DNA of 64,000 nucleotides. Source: Candidatus Pacearchaeota archaeon (GTDB taxonomy: Archaea > Nanobdellota > Nanobdellia > Pacearchaeales > GW2011-AR1). Shown here piece by piece: positions 9,842 through 20,067 of this stretch (positions are counted from its first letter, which is position 1; every line of letters starts with the position of its first letter). The notes beneath the pieces were generated by a model that had not been told where the DNA came from, did no database searches, and saw only the letters and a list, made by a program, of their open reading frames with translations. The position numbers were made by a program, and so were the translations under genes. The stretch covers positions 340,135-404,134 of the forward strand of contig JAIFVX010000001.1 of NCBI GenBank assembly GCA_019659125.1, read 5' to 3'.

Positions 9842-10399
9842 TTAACCGTCTTTCTTTGTAGCTTCCTTAATGTTCCTGTTTAACTGCACCATAGCATCCT
9901 CGAGCTGCTGCTTGTTCTTAGTGCCCGTACAGACAAGCTTTCCATTAGAGAAAAGAAGAAATGTTGCAGTAGGTTCCACTAGCTTGTAGACTAAACCTGG
10001 AAATTGCTCAGGTTCATATTCAGTATTTTCAAGCTGAAGGGCAAGCATATTAAGGTTAAGATTATAATCAATACTTCCTGATGCCACAATGTTCTGGACG
10101 GTTATCTTTGGCTTATCAGTTATCTTGACGCCAATCTTGGCAATCTGTTTTATCACCGCATCAATCACTTCCTTGACCTGAGCGACACTTTTTGTCCCAG
10201 TGCAGACAAGGTTTCCAGAAGAAAATACGAGCACTGCAGATTTAGGCTTCTTGATTCGCAATACCAGGCCGGGAAATTGCTCAGGATTATACTCTGTATT
10301 GCTCTGCGTTCGTGCAAGCTTGGTCAAAGAAATCGGCTTGCCCAGGGAAGTGGTAGCAACGATATTTTGCACCTTCAGGTTAGATTTGGAATCGGTCAT
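9842..10399 (-). CDS. tbp: TATA-box binding protein
   Basis: Two repeats of NIVA(T/S)...EY(N/E)PEQFPGL...L(V/L)FS(S/N)G(N/K)LVCTG. Confidence 0.97.
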   Translation of the reverse strand: MTDSKSNLKVQNIVATTSLGKPISLTKLARTQSNTEYNPEQFPGLVLRIKKPKSAVLVFSSGNLVCTGTKSVAQVKEVIDAVIKQIAKIGVKITDKPKITVQNIVASGSIDYNLNLNMLALQLENTEYEPEQFPGLVYKLVEPTATFLLFSNGKLVCTGTKNKQQLEDAMVQLNRNIKEATKKDG

Positions 10400-10468
10400 T
10401 GAGGCTATAAAACAACTTTATCTATTTATAAAGGCGATTTCATTTATAAAGCTTTCCCCAAGCATTTC

Positions 10469-10678
10469 TTACCGCTTTTTATCTCTGACGTGGGAGTAAA
10501 ATACCGAGATAGCGATCACCCCCATGATGATGAATAAGAATATGAGTGATGCCCAAATAAGCGTTAGAATGTTATTGCCAGAAGAGTGCTGCGCCACCCA
10601 CTGATAGCTAAATGCCAGCAGTATAATGATAAGGAAGGAAACTAAGAAAAAACCTAGGGCAAAATATTTCCGTTGCAT
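10469..10678 (-). CDS. Small two-TM membrane protein
   Basis: 69 aa hydrophobic ORF, translationally coupled to the ligase stop. Confidence 0.55.
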   Translation of the reverse strand: MQRKYFALGFFLVSFLIIILLAFSYQWVAQHSSGNNILTLIWASLIFLFIIMGVIAISVFYSHVRDKKR

Positions 10679-12369
10679 TAGAGTCTACCACTTCGTGATT
10701 CTTTCTCTATATCATGAATAGTAGCAATGTCATGTGGTTTCCTATCTGGCCGATAGTGGCTAATACGAGGGAATCTCATTGCATATCCCGAACTATAACT
10801 CGGACTCCTCTGGATATTCTGATACGTCACGGAAACAACAATCTTGGGAGAGACCTTGACATAATTTCCTTTTGTCTCAGTAATCAATGGTTTCAAGAGT
10901 TTTGTCATCGCATCATAGCTTGTTCCTTCCTCTTCTTTCTCTTTCAATCCAGAAGACACCTTTCCCACCTCGACAAACTCACCATTCTTCCTGCATGCAA
11001 CGATATAGCTTGTCAGCCATCCACCTCGCTTTCCAGAGCCATATTCAGCCCCCACAATAACGAGATCAAGATCAGCAACTAATGGCTTGAGCTTGACAAT
11101 ATAGCCGACTCTTCTCCCTTGTCTATAGGGAGCGTCAAGTTTTTTCACCATGATGCCTTCTTCCCCAATCTCCAGCGCATGCTCATAGAATTCCTTCGCT
11201 TTCGCCTCGCTATCCGTGATAATCTGGAATGAAGGTCGTATCACTAATTTTTCATGAGAAATGATTTTCTCAAGTAATTTTCTTCTCTCTATAAAATGCA
11301 TATCGATCAGGCTCTTCCCATTGTAATAAAGAACATCAAATATATTCAATTCCACCGGCAGCTTCTTGATAAGTGCATCAATGTCATATTTTCTCTTGAT
11401 TCTCTGGCTTATTGCCTCGAAGGGCTTGTATTTTTTCGTCACCGCATCATAACCAACTGCCTCGCAATCGAGAATAAAGCTCTCGCCTTTCACGTGCGAC
11501 TGGACTGCCTTGACTGCATCGGGAAATTGCTTGGTGACATTCTCCAGTTTACGTGTAAAAAGACTTATCTCCTTTCCATTCTTATTTATCATCATCCGAA
11601 AGCCATCATACTTATGCTCAAGTGCGGCAGGCTTTCCACATATCTCAAAGGCCTCCCCTATAGCATTTACTTTAACGGGAAGCATAACCTTGACTGGCCT
11701 TCCTGGAACAATCTCAACTTTCTCCAATGCTTTTTTTCCTTTAGAAGCCGCCTCGAACAAGATTGCCAAATCATTGACTAGATCGTACACTGCCTCAATG
11801 ATATCCGCCATCTCTTTCTTCTCTTGAGGGAAGAATGCCTCAGCCAAGGAATCCCTCAAAATTCCTTCAGCCACACCTACTCTCAAATCACTCAATAGTG
11901 TCCTAACAATGTACTTTGCTTCCAATCCAGATGCTTGTCCAAGAAGCTCGGAAACATACGCCAGCTTCCTTTCAACCGTTCCTTTTCCTTCAATAGTCAT
12001 AAGCTTAGATAAATTATCGAAGACTTTAGAAACCTGAAGCTTGGAGGAAAATAATGAGGACTGCTTCTTCTTGGAGACGAACATCTCCGCAATCTCCCCA
12101 ATATCGCCTATCTTATTGAACTGCTTATGAATCTCAGATTCAGAGACACCGAGGCCTGCATGGATTGCCTTCATTGCTAGCTGTCGTGAAATTCCAAATT
12201 CCCTGGAATCGTACTCAGGTACTACTCTCCCTTGCAGGAGATAAATCCATTGTGGATCATCTTTATCCTTTAATTTGCGTAAAAAATTCGCCAGGATCTT
12301 CTCTTTTTCTAACCTCTTAGAGGTCTTAGATAAAGCCTCGTAAATATCAACAAATTCCGCATACAACAT
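10678..12369 (-). CDS. lig: ATP-dependent DNA ligase
   Basis: EHKYDGFR (motif I), ILDCE, EGIMVK, VKLK, DLVIVG, RFPR motifs. Confidence 0.95.
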   Translation of the reverse strand: MLYAEFVDIYEALSKTSKRLEKEKILANFLRKLKDKDDPQWIYLLQGRVVPEYDSREFGISRQLAMKAIHAGLGVSESEIHKQFNKIGDIGEIAEMFVSKKKQSSLFSSKLQVSKVFDNLSKLMTIEGKGTVERKLAYVSELLGQASGLEAKYIVRTLLSDLRVGVAEGILRDSLAEAFFPQEKKEMADIIEAVYDLVNDLAILFEAASKGKKALEKVEIVPGRPVKVMLPVKVNAIGEAFEICGKPAALEHKYDGFRMMINKNGKEISLFTRKLENVTKQFPDAVKAVQSHVKGESFILDCEAVGYDAVTKKYKPFEAISQRIKRKYDIDALIKKLPVELNIFDVLYYNGKSLIDMHFIERRKLLEKIISHEKLVIRPSFQIITDSEAKAKEFYEHALEIGEEGIMVKKLDAPYRQGRRVGYIVKLKPLVADLDLVIVGAEYGSGKRGGWLTSYIVACRKNGEFVEVGKVSSGLKEKEEEGTSYDAMTKLLKPLITETKGNYVKVSPKIVVSVTYQNIQRSPSYSSGYAMRFPRISHYRPDRKPHDIATIHDIEKESRSGRL

Positions 12370-12447
12370 GCTCTCTAACAGAAAACAACATATTTAATTC
12401 TTGTTAAACACACATAAATATAAATAGAGTTAAAAAATGATTTTTCT

Positions 12448-12798
12448 ATGGCTAAAAAAATACCTTCTAATACCATACGAAGAATCCAAAGAATTACTCG
12501 AATTGATCTTGACACGCTTGTAAAAGAGGCTGTGCAATACCTTCCAGAGCAAGGAGAGATGAGCGATTATGGAAATGTTGACTTCTACGAAAAAGACCTT
12601 CCCCATTCATTGAGAAAGGTTGATTATAAAGATGTATTTTACATCGACGAGCCCGTTAAAGCATTAACAACTCGTGCCTATCTGATGAGTAAAATAGACA
12701 ATCAATTAAGCATGGGAGACCTATTCACAGAGGAAGGCGGAGACTTTTACCCCGTTAATGCTGAATACCTTAAATCGCTTTCAACACGTCGCCCTTAA
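12448..12798 (+). CDS. Hypothetical protein
   Basis: 116-aa ORF with TATAAATA about 25 nt upstream. Confidence 0.55.
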   Translation: MAKKIPSNTIRRIQRITRIDLDTLVKEAVQYLPEQGEMSDYGNVDFYEKDLPHSLRKVDYKDVFYIDEPVKALTTRAYLMSKIDNQLSMGDLFTEEGGDFYPVNAEYLKSLSTRRP

Positions 12799-13126
12799 AG
12801 CGACCACTTAGAATCTCAAGGGTATAATCTTTAGAATTGAACTCTCCGGGCATGTGCGATGTACTAAAAGAGTACTTAACAGTTTGATTAAGAATCTCTC
12901 GTCTATCAGATAGAGCTAAGCTACGAGGAAATTCAACTTTATCAGTTCCACGAGAAGTTTCTAATTCTAGATACGCACCCACAATATTATAAGATTTTCC
13001 CTGTGAATGTAGCGTAGCTTCTTCGATACTCTTTACAGTCCCTTCAGCAACCCGCTCAGTAATATATATGCCTTGACCATTATTTCTCCTGTTGACGTCA
13101 AATATTCCTTCTTGCTTAGATTCCAT
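12770..13126 (-). CDS. Hypothetical protein
   Basis: 118-aa ORF with TTTATAAA upstream; convergent overlap with the previous gene. Confidence 0.55.
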   Translation of the reverse strand: MESKQEGIFDVNRRNNGQGIYITERVAEGTVKSIEEATLHSQGKSYNIVGAYLELETSRGTDKVEFPRSLALSDRREILNQTVKYSFSTSHMPGEFNSKDYTLEILSGRFKGDVLKAI

Positions 13127-13170
13127 ATTTTTTCAATAAAAATAATCTCTTTATAAATATATAGGTGATG

Positions 13171-13857
13171 TTAAATCCAGCCGCGCTTCTTTACACCCTC
13201 GTTCACGATCTGAAACTGGAATTCCTTTTCAGGCAAGCTCCGGTGCTTGCGAAGATGTGCAGTCCTCTTGCCCTTGTCATTCACCAATTCAATTAAAGCC
13301 TTACCCCAGTAACGTAAGATGTCTCCACCAACAATTTTATCCATGTCATCCCATCGATAAACCTGGCTAGTAATGATAACTGGGATGCTTCTCTTTCTCG
13401 CAATCTCGGCCAAGGTCCTTATCTGTCTTACAAGCTCGGCATTGATCTTCTGGATCTCCTCAACATCCTTTTCTCGTGCCGCTGCAAAATCCAGCCTATA
13501 GAGGATAGTCATCCCATCCACAATAATGAGACTTGTTTCATCTTTTACATGTTCCAACAATGTCTCAAACGCTTTCTTCTGTTCCTGGAAGTTTGTTGGT
13601 TTCAGAAGAAGTATATTTTTTAACACCTCGGAAGAGTTCTCAGGGGCCAGCTGTTTAACTCGCTCAACACTGAATCCTCCTTCAGTATCAATATAAATGA
13701 CCTTGTTGCCTTTCTTTGCCTGCGACACCGCAGCGAGGAGACAGAAGGTGGTTTTCCCTGTTCCAGACCCCCCATAAATCACGGTAACAACTTCCTCTTC
13801 ATAACCTCCAAAGAGCCACTTGTTAAGATCATAGCTTCCAGCGGATATCTTCGCCAT
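13171..13857 (-). CDS. radB: DNA repair protein RadB
   Basis: Walker A GSGTGKT, YIDTEGGFS, Walker B IIVD, C-terminal KHR basic patch. Confidence 0.9.
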   Translation of the reverse strand: MAKISAGSYDLNKWLFGGYEEEVVTVIYGGSGTGKTTFCLLAAVSQAKKGNKVIYIDTEGGFSVERVKQLAPENSSEVLKNILLLKPTNFQEQKKAFETLLEHVKDETSLIIVDGMTILYRLDFAAAREKDVEEIQKINAELVRQIRTLAEIARKRSIPVIITSQVYRWDDMDKIVGGDILRYWGKALIELVNDKGKRTAHLRKHRSLPEKEFQFQIVNEGVKKRGWI

Positions 13858-13916
13858 GGAAGAATAAATACAGAAACCTATATAAGATTATAGGAAAAAA
13901 TAAAAAATTGGAGTTC

Positions 13917-14150
13917 TTATCTCCTCTTTCGAGCAGGAGCAGGCATCTTCATATCCATATTCTCTTTCATACCCATGCCCCAGCAGTGACCGCATATGCA
14001 GTTCTTCCACATGAATGAGTGAAGGATAAGAATAACTGATGCAATAGCAATAACCCATTGAGAGCCAGACCATGGCATTCCCTGCGTTATAAGAGCTATC
14101 AAGATGATTGCGCCAATTACAGCCTCACAAATAATACATTTACACATCAT
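13917..14150 (-). CDS. Small Cys/His/Met-rich membrane protein
   Basis: Two TM segments, CKC..C and CICGHC; GGAGGTG Shine-Dalgarno before ATG. Confidence 0.65.
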   Translation of the reverse strand: MMCKCIICEAVIGAIILIALITQGMPWSGSQWVIAIASVILILHSFMWKNCICGHCWGMGMKENMDMKMPAPARKRR

Positions 14151-14210
14151 ACACCTCCATTCCAGGTGAAAGTAAAAACTGGTTAATAAAGGTGTCGATT
14201 TATAAAGAAA

Positions 14211-14465
14211 TTACTTCTTCAAGGCAGCTGAGACTTTGGCCAAATCCTTCTGGAGTGCACCAATAGCATCACTGACTGCCTTTTTGACAGTGCCCTGAGA
14301 GCTTTCAACTCGTAAAATGACTGGCTTGGTAGGGTGCTCTCGTCTCCATGCAGCAAACTCAATACCTTGCTGATTTAGATAAACACGTAAAACCTCAGCT
14401 AGAGTAAGATTGGATAGCTTGACTTCAAGCTCATTTTTCTCAGATTTAACTACATCAATATTCAT
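14211..14465 (-). CDS. rpoL: DNA-directed RNA polymerase subunit L (Rpo11)
   Basis: 84 aa; TLxxxLRxxL...FAAWxxEHP pattern. Confidence 0.85.
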   Translation of the reverse strand: MNIDVVKSEKNELEVKLSNLTLAEVLRVYLNQQGIEFAAWRREHPTKPVILRVESSQGTVKKAVSDAIGALQKDLAKVSAALKK

Positions 14466-14499
14466 AAAAAGGGTTATTAAAAGGCATTTATAAATCTAA

Positions 14500-15057
14500 C
14501 TAATCAAGGAGTTGGATATCTCCACCAGGAAGCTCCTCGGATTCCTTAGGTTCAACAACGGCCTCAATCTTTTCTTCCTGCTTGACAAGGCTTCGCGGAG
14601 ATTGCGTAAAGTTTCTGCCGTCTTTCCTCAAATTGATCTTGAAGTAATCCTGGATCTTGTTGACAAGGATAAAATCGTTAGAAGGGATAAGACCATTCTC
14701 AACCATCTTGATGGAGTTCTCATGTTCATGGAGTGCATCTGCAAGCTGCTTTCGAGTCATGTTCCTCTGCTTTCGTGCGGAAACAACCTGCCAGTGAAAA
14801 TTATCAACCAGTTCCCCAACAACCTGGTTCTTGGTCCAGCCAAGAGGCTTTCGGAAATTGTCAATGCCAAATTTTACCTCCTTGTTCTCTAGGGGACGCT
14901 GTCGGGCTCGGTCAGCGAGGTCCTGCGCAGTATATCCTAGCTTTGGCTTTCGTAAGATCATCAGCCCTTCGCGTCTCGCGTAGGCTTCAGGCACACTCAC
15001 AATTTTCCCCTCTTCTATAGCATCGACAACTTTTTCTCCCGGATGGAAATCTATCAT
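14500..15057 (-). CDS. MBF1-like Cro/C1 HTH protein lacking the usual N-terminal Zn ribbon
   Basis: LVDNF...ARKQRNMTRKQLADALHEHENSIKMVENG HTH. Confidence 0.65.
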   Translation of the reverse strand: MIDFHPGEKVVDAIEEGKIVSVPEAYARREGLMILRKPKLGYTAQDLADRARQRPLENKEVKFGIDNFRKPLGWTKNQVVGELVDNFHWQVVSARKQRNMTRKQLADALHEHENSIKMVENGLIPSNDFILVNKIQDYFKINLRKDGRNFTQSPRSLVKQEEKIEAVVEPKESEELPGGDIQLLD

Positions 15058-15088
15058 AAAAATACTATAGAATGAAGCTTTTTATTGT

Positions 15089-15751
15089 TTATGGTAGTGG
15101 AGTTAAATACTTTTCAAGCTCGCTAGACGAGCTGATCTGCGAAACCACCTGCTTTTCATCAATGATTATGACCGGAAGTTCATGGATAGTGTACGATTGT
15201 AAGACCAAGTCTACAGAATTCAGCTGAAGATCTCCTGCAATGGGTATGAGAAGGACATCGGGGTGTTGCTGCTTGAGGTCCTGAAGCACATGGGAGAGGC
15301 TCATTTGCTCTGCCTTGACGTTTAGATCATTGGTCTTGTACGCATACATATACACGACTGTATGGAACTGAGGGCACTGTTTCTTCAACTCAACGCTTTC
15401 TGTCCACAGCATCATCCTCAGAAGATCATACCGCTTGTGGATCAGATAGAGCACATCGCTAAATTTACTGGCAGTGTCATATTCCTCCAATTGTGCTGCC
15501 TCTCCGTAAACCCTGTCGGCAAATTGGAATGTGGCATGAACCGAGACAGCGCATGAAACGTTAAAATCCTGTCGGGCGATGCTTCTGAGCTGCTCATCAA
15601 GCAAGTCAACCTCTGAATGAAGAAGATTCATCTGCACATTGTCCGCCCTCGAACTCTCCAGGAAATAACCAAGCACTATTCCAAGGCCAAAGACAATGAG
15701 CGTAAAGACAAGGGCCTGCCAGAATGCATGTTTGCTACTAAATCTTACCAT
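15089..15751 (-). CDS. Membrane-anchored hypothetical protein, possible thioredoxin-like C-terminal fold
   Basis: N-terminal TM; C-terminal VVYMY...LPVIIIDEK; coupled to the GT2 gene. Confidence 0.65.
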   Translation of the reverse strand: MVRFSSKHAFWQALVFTLIVFGLGIVLGYFLESSRADNVQMNLLHSEVDLLDEQLRSIARQDFNVSCAVSVHATFQFADRVYGEAAQLEEYDTASKFSDVLYLIHKRYDLLRMMLWTESVELKKQCPQFHTVVYMYAYKTNDLNVKAEQMSLSHVLQDLKQQHPDVLLIPIAGDLQLNSVDLVLQSYTIHELPVIIIDEKQVVSQISSSSELEKYLTPLP

Positions 15752-16980
15752 GAGTATCTTCCCCAGGCGAGCTTGTATAATGCTGTAATCATGATAAATG
15801 GCTGAATCGTCAGATAGAATATAAGATAGAAGAGGACATTAAAAACATTCGCATGGCGCAGCTTAGTCTGTTGCATGCTTATTAGCGAGAAGAACGTCAG
15901 CCATATGCCAAGCAAGAATAAGAGTGCACCGAAGAAATTCAAGATGGATGGAGCAAAGCTTAAATCACTCATGCGGACGACTGCCGTGCTCGCATACAAC
16001 GAATACTTGGTTGAAAGGTATGAGACAATAAACCTCCGCGACCATAAATAGGTGAAAATAGCGATCCCCATCACTCCCAGGAAGAGTGAAAAGCTGAAGA
16101 AAGGGATAACGAACAATCCAAGCATTCCTTTTCTGAACATCATGTTCTTGTAGCGTATCAATGTCTGCGTCCCTCCGATATTCCAACGGATTCTTTGCTT
16201 GAACCATGCTGTAAATTTCCGGGGAGTTTCAGAATAGACTCGTGCGGCGAGGCACATCCGTGCCTTATATCCATGTGAAAGCAGTCTCCAGACGATCTCT
16301 ATATCCTGCGTCATGTTCTTTGTGTCAAACAGCCCCACTTCAACGAGTGCAGACTTCCTATAGAGTGCAAACGGCCCGGGAGTTACATAGACAGAGTCAA
16401 CAGCGTCAAGCAGTTTCCTATTGAATGCAATGACAGCATATTCTATTGCCTGGAGTTTTTGGATAAAGGTGTGAGGATTTTTAGCAAGTACCGAGCAGGT
16501 GACTGCCCCGACGCTTGCATCTTGCTGCAGGAAACCAATCATTTTTATCAAAGCATCGGAGTCTGGAGTAGAGTCCGCATCAGTGACTGCAATATATGCA
16601 TGCTGTGCCGCCTTGATTCCTATGTTTGTAGGCTCGGCAGCTCCCCCTGAATTTTTTTGGTTGACGATAAGTTTCACGTTAGGGTATTTCTTTACATACT
16701 CTCGCACAACATCAGCAGAGTTGTCCTTTGATTTGTCATCAACGACAATGATCTCAATCATATGCTTGGGATAGTCAAGCCTGAGCAAAGATTCAATGGT
16801 TGCCCCAATATGCGCTCCTTCATTGTAGCATGGCACGATAATACTTACCGGCTCCGGCTTTCCCTTCGGGTATGAGAAGACAGCTTTGCCAACAGAAAGA
16901 TAGATGAAAATGAAGAGGCTGATCATATACAAGCCGACAAACGTATAGAAGAAAAAGGCAAAGTCTATGAAATTCATCAC
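15745..16980 (-). CDS. Family 2 processive glycosyltransferase (PgaC/cellulose-synthase-like)
   Basis: PCYNE, DDxSxD, DAD, TQD and QRIRW (QxxRW) motifs; N- and C-terminal TMs. Confidence 0.9.
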   Translation of the reverse strand: MMNFIDFAFFFYTFVGLYMISLFIFIYLSVGKAVFSYPKGKPEPVSIIVPCYNEGAHIGATIESLLRLDYPKHMIEIIVVDDKSKDNSADVVREYVKKYPNVKLIVNQKNSGGAAEPTNIGIKAAQHAYIAVTDADSTPDSDALIKMIGFLQQDASVGAVTCSVLAKNPHTFIQKLQAIEYAVIAFNRKLLDAVDSVYVTPGPFALYRKSALVEVGLFDTKNMTQDIEIVWRLLSHGYKARMCLAARVYSETPRKFTAWFKQRIRWNIGGTQTLIRYKNMMFRKGMLGLFVIPFFSFSLFLGVMGIAIFTYLWSRRFIVSYLSTKYSLYASTAVVRMSDLSFAPSILNFFGALLFLLGIWLTFFSLISMQQTKLRHANVFNVLFYLIFYLTIQPFIMITALYKLAWGRYSW

Positions 16981-17513
16981 CCACGCTCCTCAATTCCCTC
17001 GATGCTGTCTCCCCTGTTCAGATGAAAGTAATCGTAGAAGCTTTCAGATAAGTTGAGTTCGGCAGTATGCCCAATCCGCTTTTTAGTTATCAATCCCATG
17101 TCTACAAACCTCTTGATATGATCATAGGCCTTGTTTCCTCGTATCTTGACAAGTACTGACTGCTTCATAGGCTGCTTATAAGCAATAATTGCCAGGGTCT
17201 CCTGCTCAGCCTTGCTGAATTCAGAGCTTCCTGTAGCGAGTTTGCTGACAATTCCGACATAATCCTGTGCGACATCCATTTTCCAGAGATTATTTTTCTG
17301 AACAATCTCAATCCCAGAATCTTTGTAATCATCCTTCAAATCCTCAAGAATTTTTTTTAATAGGATTGGATTTACATCAGTCAATGTTATAAGTTCCTGT
17401 AAGCTAAGGAATTTACCAGCTATGAACAATGCAGCCTCAACTTTCCGAGTGCTCTCTGCTTCAAGAGCATCATCAAGTTCCTCAGCACTTTCCTTACTTA
17501 TCTCCATGTCCAT
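16977..17513 (-). CDS. scpB: SMC-Scp complex subunit ScpB
   Basis: VEAALF, ETLAIIAYKQP, IRG, FYDYF motifs. Confidence 0.9.
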   Translation of the reverse strand: MDMEISKESAEELDDALEAESTRKVEAALFIAGKFLSLQELITLTDVNPILLKKILEDLKDDYKDSGIEIVQKNNLWKMDVAQDYVGIVSKLATGSSEFSKAEQETLAIIAYKQPMKQSVLVKIRGNKAYDHIKRFVDMGLITKKRIGHTAELNLSESFYDYFHLNRGDSIEGIEERG

Positions 17514-17583
17514 TTCTAGCCTTAAGACTTTTAAAACCTATCCAGTCCAATAAGCTTAAATACACTTTCTAGAGTGATTTTAT

Positions 17584-18000
17584 ATGAGCCTCGAAGAAGA
17601 AGGACTTATGTATCGACCGGAAAAGCAGCAAGAGCCAGAGCAAAGCAAACTCGAAATAATTACTAAGATTGGCTCCATGGCCTATAAAATCCTAAAGTTC
17701 ATACCAAAACTGAATTATATTCCAAAGGTAATGGCAGAAAAAGGATGTAATAGAGAAGATTTAGCTATGGGAGTTATTATTGGTACTTTTGCTAATGCTG
17801 GGATATATGGGGGAATAATGCTAGCAAACTCCTATCATAAATTTTTAAACTCCTATGTTGAAAAAGCCATACCATGGGTAATGGTTTCAGCCATAACTGC
17901 AAATGTGATATCGGGACTCTACGAAAGTGGAAAAATGATTCGCCCGATATATAAATATCCATCCCACCTAAGATTAAAGCATAAGACTAAAAAAGAGTGA
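17584..18000 (+). CDS. Hypothetical membrane protein
   Basis: 138 aa, two hydrophobic segments, TATA-like CTTAAATA upstream. Confidence 0.5.
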   Translation: MSLEEEGLMYRPEKQQEPEQSKLEIITKIGSMAYKILKFIPKLNYIPKVMAEKGCNREDLAMGVIIGTFANAGIYGGIMLANSYHKFLNSYVEKAIPWVMVSAITANVISGLYESGKMIRPIYKYPSHLRLKHKTKKE

Positions 18001-18559
18001 TCAAAGTACCTTCAATAATTGCAGCTATAATCAGCAGAGGCAGAACTACAACAAGGAATACATTCATAGACTCGTAGAATCTTCTCTTTAGCTCTTTCCC
18101 TTTGTGCTTAGCGAACACAAACATTCCTAACTTCAATCCAAGGGCAAGAGAAATAAAAATAGCAGGTAGCTCGAATATACCGTGAGGCAAAAGCCTCCAG
18201 AATTGACTAGGCCCTGCAATTTCATATACTTTCCCCATGACATAACCTATGACTACTCCATTTACCATGGTGCTCATGATGGAGAATATTCCCAAACCTA
18301 TTCCAAAAATCAATCCCATGAATGCAGTCAGAGCATTATTCTGAAGGATGTAAAAAATAAGTTCCAGGCCCTTAAGATTCTCTGTGCGAAGGACCAAATC
18401 CCTAATCATCTCATTAATTCTTTCAGAAAAAAGATCGGGATATAAGAATCCAATAGATACGCTGAAAGCAAAAAGCACGACAGTAGTGATAAGGTAAGGG
18501 CTGCTTTCTTTCAAATATCTCATAGCCTCATTCCATTGTGGTCGTAATTTAAGTTTCAT
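17987..18559 (-). CDS. SpoIIM (DUF95) family membrane protein
   Basis: ILxNN, NGxVIG, LLPHGIFELPA, AAIIEG motifs. Confidence 0.85.
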   Translation of the reverse strand: MKLKLRPQWNEAMRYLKESSPYLITTVVLFAFSVSIGFLYPDLFSERINEMIRDLVLRTENLKGLELIFYILQNNALTAFMGLIFGIGLGIFSIMSTMVNGVVIGYVMGKVYEIAGPSQFWRLLPHGIFELPAIFISLALGLKLGMFVFAKHKGKELKRRFYESMNVFLVVVLPLLIIAAIIEGTLITLF

Positions 18560-19281
18560 CGGAACATCTGCTGGAGCAGTTTAACCTTCTTCTTATATTT
18601 AGTCTTTAAATAGAGTCCATACACAATACCTGCTAGGAATCCTCCGAGATGGGCAGCATTTCCTATAGGAAGGTTGGATGCGATTGTTGCAATCCACGTG
18701 AGCACTAAGACGAGAGGAACCATAATGTATGCAGGCAATGAAAAGAAAGGGAGGAAGATGATTGAAAATCTCAACCGAGGAAGGAGCATGACAAACAATC
18801 CCGCTATCGCGAAGATAGCCCCTGAAGCTCCAAGCATGTAGGTATCGGGAGTCCCAAAGAGTCGCATCCCCCATGCACCATTCCCATAAAGGCCTGAAAG
18901 AAAAACTGAAAGCAATCCAGCAAAGATACCTGAAATGATATAGAACCACAAGAACCTTCTTCGGCCAATAATCCTTTCACATAACCCTCCTAATGAAAAT
19001 AAGACGAACATATTGATGAAAAGGTGCACGAAATTTCCATGGGCGAATATATGGAGCACCAATGTCCACAAATACTTTCCAGCAAGGATACTGCTTGGCT
19101 TCAACGCAAAATAGTCAAGAACCCAGCAGGTCGTAGCATCTGGGCTGCATGAGAAGGCCAAAAGAGTGAGCTCCACCATCGAGAGGATAACGGTGATAAT
19201 GATAAGCCATCCTACAGTTGAGAGAAATGATAATCTCTCCCATAAACTTCTCCGCCTTAAAACTGGACTTCTCTGTATCAT
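18556..19281 (-). CDS. Rhomboid intramembrane serine protease
   Basis: HGNFVHLFINM, catalytic GASG and AHLGG motifs. Confidence 0.9.
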   Translation of the reverse strand: MIQRSPVLRRRSLWERLSFLSTVGWLIIITVILSMVELTLLAFSCSPDATTCWVLDYFALKPSSILAGKYLWTLVLHIFAHGNFVHLFINMFVLFSLGGLCERIIGRRRFLWFYIISGIFAGLLSVFLSGLYGNGAWGMRLFGTPDTYMLGASGAIFAIAGLFVMLLPRLRFSIIFLPFFSLPAYIMVPLVLVLTWIATIASNLPIGNAAHLGGFLAGIVYGLYLKTKYKKKVKLLQQMFR

Positions 19282-19967
19282 TAAGAACTTTTCTTTTTCT
19301 TGGTAGGCTTCTTAGCTTTCTTATTGGTATTCTCTTCTTTTTTCTTCAGCCGTGCCCTTTCCTTCTTTCGTGCAAGCCTTTCCTGCTCCTTCTTCTTGGC
19401 TTCGGCCTTAAATCTCCTTCCTCGGGCCTGATCTTCCTTCTTATTAATAGTGCCTATCTCTTCATTAATGTTTGCAAGGATGCTTTCCAGTCGTGTGACT
19501 TCTTTTTCGATACCACTGATTTCTGCCGTGCTCTCCTTCACCTGTAAGATCTCACCACATTCAGGACAAGTATAGTCATGAAGAAGCGCATTCTCCTCTG
19601 TGTACTCAATAGTGCAGTTGGGACAGTAAAAGAACTGCTTGGTTTTTCTCGTTGATGCTTGGGTCTTCAGATCCTCTATATTCTTGAGCAGCTTCTCTCT
19701 AAATTTCAAGAGGCTTTTTCCAGAATTGAGTGTCCAGAAATACGTATACCATCCTCCCTTCTTGCTATCCTTCTTCCTGATGAAACTGACCAGTCCTTCA
19801 TCAGACAATTTATAGAGGATATTTCTCGTCTGATTAATAGTAAGATTAAGTTTCTTCGCAATGAGAAACTCATTTACGTTTTTCTTGCCATGGAGAAGGT
19901 CTACGATACCCACGGCATTCTTTCCCGCTACAGACGCGACAATATCCTTGAGAAGATCAATTTGCAT
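19281..19967 (-). CDS. tfe: Transcription factor E (TFIIE-alpha)
   Basis: wHTH (NQTRNILYKL...GWYTYFW), Zn ribbon CPNC...CPECG, Lys-rich tail. Confidence 0.9.
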   Translation of the reverse strand: MQIDLLKDIVASVAGKNAVGIVDLLHGKKNVNEFLIAKKLNLTINQTRNILYKLSDEGLVSFIRKKDSKKGGWYTYFWTLNSGKSLLKFREKLLKNIEDLKTQASTRKTKQFFYCPNCTIEYTEENALLHDYTCPECGEILQVKESTAEISGIEKEVTRLESILANINEEIGTINKKEDQARGRRFKAEAKKKEQERLARKKERARLKKKEENTNKKAKKPTKKKKSS

Positions 19968-20067
19968 ACACTCTCTTAAAGAAGTGGCATTAAAAAGATT
20001 TCGAGCATTTTGTTACCATTGTATAATTAATATAAATCTATATAAACAAAATTCAAAACTGACTTAT

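Noticed and set aside
19861-20067. N-terminal extension of the 268-aa ORF
   Set aside because: Overlaps tfe antisense and the shared promoter region; ATG at 20068 fits the TATA box
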